Below are positions 34,704 to 41,515 of a stretch of DNA of 41,515 nt, piece after piece. Origin of the DNA: Verrucomicrobiota bacterium (GTDB taxonomy: Bacteria; Verrucomicrobiota; Verrucomicrobiia; Methylacidiphilales; Verrucolacustridaceae); contig RHAF01000001.1 in the NCBI GenBank assembly GCA_010028775.1, positions 1 to 41,515 on the forward strand. Reading direction: 5' to 3'. How positions within the stretch are numbered: position 1 is the stretch's first letter; every line of letters begins with the position of its first letter. Under the pieces are notes generated by a model. That model had not been told where the DNA came from. It did no database searches and worked only from the letters and a program-made list of their open reading frames with translations. The position numbers and the translations under genes are program-made.

Positions 34704-36469
34704 TTCAGGAGTTTTTCCAGCTCGGCATCCTTGGGGACGCCGAGTTGCAAGGCGCGGTTGTAGTGGCGTTTGGCCAGCTCCTTGGAGGGCGGGGTCTGGG
34801 TGGCGTAGATCACCGCGAGGTTGAAATGGGCGTCGCCGTAGCTGTCGTCCAGTTCGATGGCTTTACGGCATTCCTGTTCGGCCGCCTCCTGCAGGCCTTT
34901 GCGGGAGGAGGAGATGCCGAGATAATTCCGGGTCTTTGCATCGTTGGGATCCAGAGCCACGGCCCGGCTCAGCACCTGGATGGCATCGTCGTATTTTTCC
35001 TGCTGGACCAGGACAATCCCGAGAACGGAGTGGGAGAAGGCGTCGTTAGGGGCGACCCGGATGGCCTCGCGCAGCGGTTTTTCCGCCTCGGGATACTTCT
35101 GCTGCTGGAAGCGGACCACGCCCAGATTGGAGAGGGCATAGATTGACTGGGGATACTTTTCCAGGATCTGCTCGTAAGCGGCGGCCGCCTCATCGAACTT
35201 TTTCTCGTTGTAAAGGGAGGTGGCCTTGGCGGCAACGTCCTTGAATTCGTCCGGAATGCGCGGTTTTTCGGAATAACTTTCCGGACTGGCCGGCTTTTCC
35301 GCATCTTTGGAGAGGGTCGGTGTGGCGCTGGCCGAGGAGGAGGAAGAGGCCGCTGGGGCGGCCGGTTCGGGAGACACCAGCGAGGGCGCGGAGACCTTGA
35401 GAAGATCCTGTTCCTCGTTGGTCAGGGAGACGAGGGGGGAACTGAGCACCTCCATCTGTGTCTTGAGGGCCTCGGTGGAGACCGCGAGGTTCTTGAACTC
35501 ATCCAGCACCAAACGGCGTGCGGCCTCCCGCCGGGCCTGCTCCTTCAGCTGCCGGTCGAGGATGGAGCGCAACATGGCGTTCTCCTTGGCCAGGGTGGAG
35601 TCGGATTTGCCGACGGAGCCCGCGGCCTGAAGCTGGGTGGTCAGGCTGGCGATCTGCTTTTTGTAATCCTCGTTGGCCCGGGTCAGCTCGGCGGAGCGGG
35701 CATTGGCCTCCGCCAGTTTCCTTTCCAGCGAATCCACCTGACCGCGCAGGGAGGTCATCTCGCCCGAAAGTTCCCCACCGGCGGCCTTCTTCAGGCTTTC
35801 CTCGGTGGCGGCCAGTTTTTTCTGCAGGTTCGCATTTTCCTCCTGGAGCTTGGCCACGTTGGCGTCCGGAGCCGGGGAGGCGGAGAGCTTTTCCCTCAGT
35901 TGTCTCTTTTCGGCCAAGGCCTGCTCGAGGTCGGTCTTGGCCTGCCGTAGTTCCGTGCGGGCCGATTCCAGATCACCCGTCAGCGCAATGATCTTCTGCC
36001 GGAGGGCGGAAGGATCATCCGAGGTGAGGGCGGTTCCCGGGGTTTCCGTCTTCTGGGTGGCTGGTGCGGGACTTTCGGACGGCGCGGGAGCGGAGGAGGG
36101 CGGTTGACTCGAAGGGGCTGGGGCCGGTTTTTCGGCGGCTAGTGCGTAGGGTTTTTCCGCCGGTGCGGGAGCGGCATCCTTGGCCGCCTTGAGGTTCGAC
36201 AGCTTGTCGTTGAGATATTTGATCCGGTATTTGACGATGGTTGGTTCCCATTCGGGGTTTTCGTTTTTCAGCTTATCCAGCTTGTTCAGGGCGGTTTCGT
36301 ATTTTTCCCGGGCCTGGGACTTCTGACCGGTGTTGTCCAGCTTGTCCCCCTCGTTGATCATGACGTAGATCTGCAGATAGTCGTCCTGGGGGGAGGCGGC
36401 CGGGCGGGAATCAGCGGACGCCAACAGGAGGAGGGCGGCACCGATGGTGAAAATCTTGCGGAACTTCAT
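34700..36469 (-). CDS. Exported coiled-coil/TPR protein
   Basis: Signal peptide 'MKFRKIFTIGAALLLLASA', P/A-rich linker, long heptad region, C-terminal TPRs ('SNLGVV..QQ.Y.EA', 'AHFNLAVIY'). Confidence 0.85.
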   Translation of the reverse strand: MKFRKIFTIGAALLLLASADSRPAASPQDDYLQIYVMINEGDKLDNTGQKSQAREKYETALNKLDKLKNENPEWEPTIVKYRIKYLNDKLSNLKAAKDAAPAPAEKPYALAAEKPAPAPSSQPPSSAPAPSESPAPATQKTETPGTALTSDDPSALRQKIIALTGDLESARTELRQAKTDLEQALAEKRQLREKLSASPAPDANVAKLQEENANLQKKLAATEESLKKAAGGELSGEMTSLRGQVDSLERKLAEANARSAELTRANEDYKKQIASLTTQLQAAGSVGKSDSTLAKENAMLRSILDRQLKEQARREAARRLVLDEFKNLAVSTEALKTQMEVLSSPLVSLTNEEQDLLKVSAPSLVSPEPAAPAASSSSSASATPTLSKDAEKPASPESYSEKPRIPDEFKDVAAKATSLYNEKKFDEAAAAYEQILEKYPQSIYALSNLGVVRFQQQKYPEAEKPLREAIRVAPNDAFSHSVLGIVLVQQEKYDDAIQVLSRAVALDPNDAKTRNYLGISSSRKGLQEAAEQECRKAIELDDSYGDAHFNLAVIYATQTPPSKELAKRHYNRALQLGVPKDAELEKLLN

Positions 36470-36562
36470 GGCAGGGAGGGAAATTAGGCGGACAGACAGC
36501 GTTTCGGGCAAGAGAAAAGGAGCCCCGTTGACGATAACTTTCTCTCGTCTAATACAACATGT

Positions 36563-37171
36563 ATGGAGCTCGCCATGCCGCAGGGAGTGCTGGTGTTGAA
36601 CCGCTTTTGGCAGGCGGTGCACATCTGCTCCGTCCGCCGGGCCTTCAGCCTTCTTTACATGGGGCATGCCCAGGTGGTGGAGGGCAATGGGCAGGATTTT
36701 CGAACCTTCGATTTCAACAGCTGGCGGGACCTCAGCCAGGATTACGATGGGGAGGACGCCATGCAGACCATCAGTTTCCGCATCCGGATCCCCCGGGTGA
36801 TCGTGTTGATTCTTTTCGACCGGATTCCCAAGAAAGAGGTGAAACTCACCCGTCAGAACGTCTTTGAGCGGGACTCCTTCACCTGCCAGTACTGCGGAAC
36901 CAGCAAGGACCGACGCGATCTCAACATCGACCACGTCATTCCCCGTGATCAGGGTGGGACCACCAAATGGGAGAACGTCGTCTGCTCCTGCATCCCCTGC
37001 AACACCCGCAAGGGGAACCGGCGTCCGCATGAGGCCTCGATGAAACTGATCCGCAAACCCAAACGCCCGAAGATGCGCACCTTCCTCAATGTGCAGATCT
37101 CCCGCAACGGTCCGGAGACCTGGCGTCATTTCCTCGACTTGGCCTACTGGAACGTGGAGTTGAGCGACTGA
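36563..37171 (+). CDS. HNH endonuclease family protein (McrA-like HNH with zinc finger)
   Basis: 'VLVLN', 'TRQNVFERD.FTCQYCG', 'IDHVIPR..GG...WENVVCSC..CN..KG'. Confidence 0.92.
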   Translation: MELAMPQGVLVLNRFWQAVHICSVRRAFSLLYMGHAQVVEGNGQDFRTFDFNSWRDLSQDYDGEDAMQTISFRIRIPRVIVLILFDRIPKKEVKLTRQNVFERDSFTCQYCGTSKDRRDLNIDHVIPRDQGGTTKWENVVCSCIPCNTRKGNRRPHEASMKLIRKPKRPKMRTFLNVQISRNGPETWRHFLDLAYWNVELSD

Positions 37172-37203
37172 AGAAGTCCGCTTCGCCCCGCCTAGCCGGG
37201 GTT

Positions 37204-38346
37204 TTGGCCGATCCGGGGGAACGATCCCGCACTTTTCCCGTCACCCGGGAGGGGATCTTCCTCGCCCATGCCGCGGTGGCCCCGATCAGCGGGCCCGCCC
37301 GGGAGGCGATGGATGCGTGGACGCAGGACGCGAGCCGGGGCCGACAAGAGAGCCTGGAAATCTGGAAAAAAGTCCGGCAAACACGCGAAGTTGCCGCCCG
37401 ATTCCTTGGATGTGATTGGGAGGAGGTTTCCCTTTTGGGGCCGACGGCGCTCGGATTGGGTTTGGTTGCGCTGGGGATCCACTGGAAGCCCGGGGATGAA
37501 GTGGTGTATGACCCGTACGACTATCCGGCCAATGTCTACCCGTGGCTCGATCTGGCACGGCGGGGCGTTCGGCCGGTTCCGCTGAAACGAAATCCGGGAG
37601 AGGCGATCGGCTGGGAAGATGTGAAGCCGGTGCTCACACCGAAAACTCGCCTCGTCAGCCTGGCCACCGCCCACTACCTCAGCGGTCGGCAACCGGAACT
37701 CTCCGTCATCGGTCCCGAGCTGAAAAAACGCGGAGTGCTCCTCTGTCTGGATGGCATTCAAACCTTGGGGGTATTGCCGACCCGGTGGCCGGAGGCGGAT
37801 TTTCTGGCAGCCGACGCCCACAAGTGGATGTTGGGGCCGGTCGGTGCCGGAGTCCTGATGGTGCGCAAGAGAGTTTGGGACCAGCTTCATCCGCCCCTGC
37901 TTGGTTCCTGGAACGTGGTCAGCCCCGATTTTTTGGCCCAACCGGAAATCGCATTCGAGGGGGAGGGAAGAAGGTATGAGCCGGGTAGCCTGAATCTTCC
38001 CGGGATCGAGGGAATGAGGGCGTCCCTAGAGTTGCTGGAAAACCTGGGCCACGACGATGTCCAACAACACGCCTTGGGATTGGCCCGCAGGTTAAGGGAG
38101 GGGGCCCGACAGGCCGGCTTCCGGATTTACGGGAGCGGGGAGGATAGAGGGGAGCGGGTGATCACCAGTCTGGTCGAACCCCCCGGAGGGTGGGAGCCGG
38201 TGAAAAGGAGAATGGAGGAGGAGAATGTGCGGGTTTCCTGGAGGAAGGAGCATGATGGCAAGGTTCTGCTGCGGGTCTCCCCCCATGGATCCAACATCCC
38301 GGGGGAAATTGAGAAATTCCTGACCCTTTTGGGAACCGCGGGTTGA
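37204..38346 (+). CDS. PLP-dependent aminotransferase class V / C-S lyase-like
   Basis: 'FLAHAAVAP', 'DYPANVYPW', 'DGIQTLG', 'ADAHKWMLGP' (PLP lysine), 'LRVSPH'. No obvious desulfurase catalytic Cys motif. Confidence 0.85.
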   Translation: MADPGERSRTFPVTREGIFLAHAAVAPISGPAREAMDAWTQDASRGRQESLEIWKKVRQTREVAARFLGCDWEEVSLLGPTALGLGLVALGIHWKPGDEVVYDPYDYPANVYPWLDLARRGVRPVPLKRNPGEAIGWEDVKPVLTPKTRLVSLATAHYLSGRQPELSVIGPELKKRGVLLCLDGIQTLGVLPTRWPEADFLAADAHKWMLGPVGAGVLMVRKRVWDQLHPPLLGSWNVVSPDFLAQPEIAFEGEGRRYEPGSLNLPGIEGMRASLELLENLGHDDVQQHALGLARRLREGARQAGFRIYGSGEDRGERVITSLVEPPGGWEPVKRRMEEENVRVSWRKEHDGKVLLRVSPHGSNIPGEIEKFLTLLGTAG

Positions 38347-38371
38347 CTCCGCGCCTGTTCCTCGGCACGAT
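38343..38371 (+). promoter_or_regulatory. Putative sigma70 promoter of the rpmH-rnpA-yidD-yidC-jag operon
   Basis: TTGACT (38343-48), 17 bp, CACGAT (38366-71). Confidence 0.5.
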
Positions 38372-38394
38372 TTTCTACTTATCAATCTTACGCA

Positions 38395-38491
38395 ATGAAA
38401 CCCACTTACAACCCCTCCAAGCGCACGCGGAAACGCCAGTTCGCTGCCCAAAGGTGTGGAGCGCCACTACGCCCGCCACACCGGGGCGTGA
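38395..38491 (+). pseudogene. rpmH: 50S ribosomal protein L34 with internal frameshifting deletion (pseudogene or assembly error)
   Basis: 'MKPTYNPSKRTRKRQF' (38395-38442), then in the +1 frame '[15 protein letters not shown]' (38444-38491). The GFR.RM...RR.KGR core is missing. Sits directly upstream of rnpA. Confidence 0.85.
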
Positions 38492-38840
38492 CCGTCGCCT
38501 CCCCCGGGAGCGCATTCTCCGCCGCCGGTCGGAATTTCTGGCTCTCCGCCGGGAAGGGGAAAGCGAAAGCGGCAGTCATCTCAAGCTCAACTGGCGTTCT
38601 TCCCCTTCTTCCGTCCGCCGGATGGCCATCGTCGTCCCCAAAACCTGCGGAAATGCCGTGGTGAGAAACCGGATCAAGCGCTGGGTGCGGGAAGGGTGGA
38701 GAATCCTGCAGTCCGATCTTCCCCCCGGTCTGGACTCCGTATGGGTGGCCCGACCCAAGGCCGGCGAGGCCGGGTTCGAAAAGATCCGGGAGGAGATCCG
38801 CAACCTTTACCTCCGGGCACGGCTTTTGCCGAAGGGCTGA
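38454..38840 (+). CDS. rnpA: Ribonuclease P protein component
   Basis: 'RILRRRSEF', RNR motif '[15 protein letters not shown]'. Start uncertain; the nearest in-frame start is GTG 38454. Confidence 0.88.
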   Translation: MWSATTPATPGRDRRLPRERILRRRSEFLALRREGESESGSHLKLNWRSSPSSVRRMAIVVPKTCGNAVVRNRIKRWVREGWRILQSDLPPGLDSVWVARPKAGEAGFEKIREEIRNLYLRARLLPKG

Positions 38841-38845
38841 AAGGC

Positions 38846-39082
38846 GTGAAAACTTTTCTTATCGGCCTGCTCCGCCTGCAAAAGATCGCTTCCCCCGTCT
38901 GGCGAAGCTTTTTGGGCGGATCCGGTCCTTGTTGCCGCTTCCATCCGACCTGTTCGGATTACGCCATCGAAGCCATCCGGATCCATGGGGCCGGCCGCGG
39001 CGGGCTTCTTTCCCTGCGCCGTTTGGCCCGATGCCATCCCTGGGGCGGGGCCGGGATCGATCCGGTCAAGGAGGCGGCGTGA
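38846..39082 (+). CDS. yidD: Membrane protein insertion efficiency factor YidD
   Basis: '[17 protein letters not shown]...G..L...R..RCHPWG..G.DPV'. Confidence 0.95.
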   Translation: MKTFLIGLLRLQKIASPVWRSFLGGSGPCCRFHPTCSDYAIEAIRIHGAGRGGLLSLRRLARCHPWGGAGIDPVKEAA

Positions 39083-39093
39083 AAAAGGGCGGG

Positions 39094-40869
39094 ATGGATC
39101 GCAGTTCCTGGATCGCCGCGGGCCTATGCATGCTCCTGCTGGTTCTTTATCCCAAGATCGTGGCGCATTTTTATCCGCCCAATCCGGCGGCCGCAAAAAA
39201 ATCGGCGGCCCAGTCCAAAACTTCCAACGTGACGGAGCCGCCGACTGCCCCCGCCGCCTCCCCCAGTTTGTTGGCCAAGGAAACCTTGGCGCCGGGATCG
39301 ATCCAGCGTTCGGGGGAGGAGCAGACCGCGGTGCTGGAAAACGCCACCCTGCGGGCAACCTTCACCTCCTGGGGCGGGGGAGTGCGCACCATCGAATTGC
39401 TCGGCCATACCGGCGATCCCGGGGAGAAAGTCAGCCTCAACCGTGGCTCACCGGATGCGATTTTCGAGCTCCGGGGCTGGACTCCAGCCGGCGAGGGATT
39501 GTCTTGGAGTCTTGAAAAAGCGGATGCCCAAGAGGTGGTCTTCACCGCCAAGGCGCAAACGGGCGGCGAAGTCTGGCTTCGCCGAACCTTCCGGTTGGCC
39601 GGCGATTACCGGCTCTCTCTCACTCAGGAGGTGGAAAATCGCGGAACCGTCCCCCTGGCCCTTCCCAGCTATGCCTTGGCCGCCGGCGTCGGGGCTCCGG
39701 TTCACCTGAAGAAGGATGAGGAGAATTATCTGGGAGCCAGCTGGTTCACCACCGATGTCACCTACACCACGCACAAGATGCCCGAATTTCTGCCCTCCAA
39801 CTTTCTTTTTCTCTTCCCGCGTCCGGGCAAGGAAATGGTCCAAAGCCGAGGTGACCGCGAGGTCCGCTGGGTGGCCGCCAAGAGCCAGTTTTTCGCCCTT
39901 GTCCTGACAGCCCAGGACGCGCCGGCTGCGGGAGCAGAAGCCCGCAAGGTGGATCTCCTGGGGGAGACCATGCGGGACGGGTCGGGCAAAGTGCCCGCGG
40001 TGGAGGCGTGGATGAAGCTGGCGGGTTTTGATCTGGGCGTGGGGTCGAAAAACGTCCGCCAGTTCGGGCTCTACGCCGGGCCCAAGGAGGATTGGCGTCT
40101 GCGCAGCCTGGCGCAGGGCGAAGATCAGGTGATGGAGTTCGGCTGGATGGGGATCGTCAGCCGGCCGCTTCTCGTGGTGATGAACACCATTCACCGTTGG
40201 GTGGGAAGCTACGGCTGGTCGATCGTCATCCTGACAATCCTGCTCAAGGCCATCCTCTGGGTGCCGCAGGCCAAGGCCAACCAGAGCATGAAAAAGATGC
40301 AGCTCCTTTCCCCCAAGCTGAAGGAACTCCAGGAAAAATACAAAGAGGACCCCACCAAGCTGAACACCGAGATGATGCGCCTCTACCGCGAGTACGGGGT
40401 GAACCCCCTCGGCGGCTGCCTGCCCATGCTGATCCAGATGCCCGTGTTTCTCGGATTTTATTACATGTTGCTCAGTTCAGTGGAGCTACGCGGTCAGTCT
40501 TTCCTCTGGATCCACGATCTCTCGCGCCCGGACACGATCGGTTTTCTCCCCGGGCTGGGCATTCCCATCAATCCCATGCCCCTGATCATGACCGCCGCCA
40601 TGGTCTGGAGCATGCATCTCACGCCCCAGCCGCAGGGAGTGGACAATCCGGGGGCCAAGATGATGAAACTCATGCCGATCATCATGCTGGTGTTTTGCTA
40701 TAATTTCAGTTCGGCCCTATCGTTGTACTGGACCGTGCAAAACTTCCTCTCCATCGGACAGCTGCTTTACAACCTGCGCCAGCCCATGCCCAAGCTGGAG
40801 AAGGTCCAGCACCCGGCCGACCTGGTGAAGCGTGGCAAGTGGAAGGGCGGAATGTGGGGGCGTCGATGA
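39094..40869 (+). CDS. yidC: Membrane protein insertase YidC
   Basis: N-terminal TM, periplasmic domain, 'YAGPK', 'YGWSIVILT', 'GVNPLGGCLPMLIQMPVF', 'FLWIHDLS.PD', 'LSLYWTVQN'. Start ATG 39094 or GTG 39079. Confidence 0.96.
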   Translation: MDRSSWIAAGLCMLLLVLYPKIVAHFYPPNPAAAKKSAAQSKTSNVTEPPTAPAASPSLLAKETLAPGSIQRSGEEQTAVLENATLRATFTSWGGGVRTIELLGHTGDPGEKVSLNRGSPDAIFELRGWTPAGEGLSWSLEKADAQEVVFTAKAQTGGEVWLRRTFRLAGDYRLSLTQEVENRGTVPLALPSYALAAGVGAPVHLKKDEENYLGASWFTTDVTYTTHKMPEFLPSNFLFLFPRPGKEMVQSRGDREVRWVAAKSQFFALVLTAQDAPAAGAEARKVDLLGETMRDGSGKVPAVEAWMKLAGFDLGVGSKNVRQFGLYAGPKEDWRLRSLAQGEDQVMEFGWMGIVSRPLLVVMNTIHRWVGSYGWSIVILTILLKAILWVPQAKANQSMKKMQLLSPKLKELQEKYKEDPTKLNTEMMRLYREYGVNPLGGCLPMLIQMPVFLGFYYMLLSSVELRGQSFLWIHDLSRPDTIGFLPGLGIPINPMPLIMTAAMVWSMHLTPQPQGVDNPGAKMMKLMPIIMLVFCYNFSSALSLYWTVQNFLSIGQLLYNLRQPMPKLEKVQHPADLVKRGKWKGGMWGRR

Positions 40870-41339
40870 GCGGTCCCGCCGCGCCGGCGGGGGCACGCGA
40901 GCTCCTGGAAAATATGCTCGGGCACCTCGGTTTTGCCTTCACCCTGGAGGAGGAAAAACGCGGGGACGACGTGGTCCTGCACGTGCGGATGCAGAATCCC
41001 TCACGGTTGATCGGACGGGAGGGAGAGACCATCGACGACCTGCAGTTTTTGCTCAACCGGATGCTGGTCCGGGGGGAGGAACCGGCCCAGCGGGTGATCG
41101 TGGACGTGGAAAACTACCGGCTCGAGCAGCAGTCGGCCCTTCTCGACGAGGTCCGGGAGATGGTCGAGAGGGTACGGTCCTCCGGCGAGACGGTCGAGTT
41201 ACCGCCGATGAACGCCTACGAGCGCCGGATCATTCACCAGGCTTTCCGTGATGATCCGCAACTGGAGACGGTCAGTCCGGAGGGCCCGTCCCGTCTCAAA
41301 CGGATCCGGGTCCGTCCGCGTCGTCCGGCTAAGTCCTGA
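40866..41339 (+). CDS. jag: Jag/KhpB RNA-binding protein (KH + R3H, no Jag_N domain)
   Basis: KH 'LIGREGETIDDLQFL', 'DVENYR'; R3H 'PMNAYERRIIH'. Confidence 0.92.
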   Translation: MSGPAAPAGARELLENMLGHLGFAFTLEEEKRGDDVVLHVRMQNPSRLIGREGETIDDLQFLLNRMLVRGEEPAQRVIVDVENYRLEQQSALLDEVREMVERVRSSGETVELPPMNAYERRIIHQAFRDDPQLETVSPEGPSRLKRIRVRPRRPAKS

Positions 41340-41515
41340 GCCGTTCCGTTCCCGCCGACGGGTCGGACTCCCGCGATCCTTCGCTTTGGGACCATGCCGT
41401 TGCAGGGCTGGCTTGGGTCGTGGTGCTCCTGCTGATTGCCGGCACGGGCCGTTATTTTGGCGGGGCGAGGGCGGTGGTTCTGGGGCCGGCTTACCTGGCC
41501 GGGGGATTGTTGTGG
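41336..41515 (+). CDS. Partial hydrophobic ORF running off the window end (membrane protein?)
   Basis: Open frame after TAA at 41330: '...LWDHAVAGLAWVVVLLLIAGTG...AYLAGGLLW'. Start codon unclear. Confidence 0.35.
   Translation, partial: MSRSVPADGSDSRDPSLWDHAVAGLAWVVVLLLIAGTGRYFGGARAVVLGPAYLAGGLLW

Noticed and set aside
36470-37129. 220-aa N-terminal extension of the TPR ORF antisense to the HNH gene
   Set aside because: A clear signal peptide begins at ATG 36469; the extension is the stop-free reverse frame of the HNH gene.
37186-37205. CCCCG/CGGGG hairpin plus TTTT after the HNH gene
   Set aside because: A weak 5-bp stem overlapping the next start codon; insufficient to call a terminator.
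38343-41339. Replication origin near rpmH-rnpA-yidC
   Set aside because: No dnaA gene and no DnaA-box cluster seen; an aminotransferase lies directly upstream.

Overview
High-GC, gene-dense bacterial chromosomal segment made up almost entirely of housekeeping genes. It is most likely from Verrucomicrobiota/PVC; this is an inference from the extended L34 C-terminus, a short C-terminal lipoprotein motif and the gene order. Gene order: lipoprotein, manA, rnr (-), glycogen cluster (glgA-galT-GH57-GH57), lipoprotein, Lrp/AsnC + aminotransferase, CrtO-like oxidoreductase, ACT protein, mqnC, small secreted protein (-), cstA, purple-acid-phosphatase-like protein, cdaA, glmM (broken), tal, mreBCD-mrdA-rodA-rng-glnD-GAF histidine kinase, TPR protein (-), HNH nuclease, class V aminotransferase, rpmH (broken)-rnpA-yidD-yidC-jag. 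I see no rRNA, tRNA, CRISPR array, transposase or prophage. The clearest anomaly is three clean frameshifting internal deletions in otherwise intact core genes: two in glmM (one removes the catalytic SHN loop) and one removing the core of L34. An assembly artefact must be excluded first. Other points: a GlgC/GlgB-free glycogen cluster with a GalT lacking both CxxC motifs, a CdaA with a CdaR-like C-terminal TM helix, a candidate symmetric bidirectional -10 between rnr and glgA, and a GTAG REP-like hairpin plus hexamer repeats around manA. All family calls come from motif recognition; no database searches were run.
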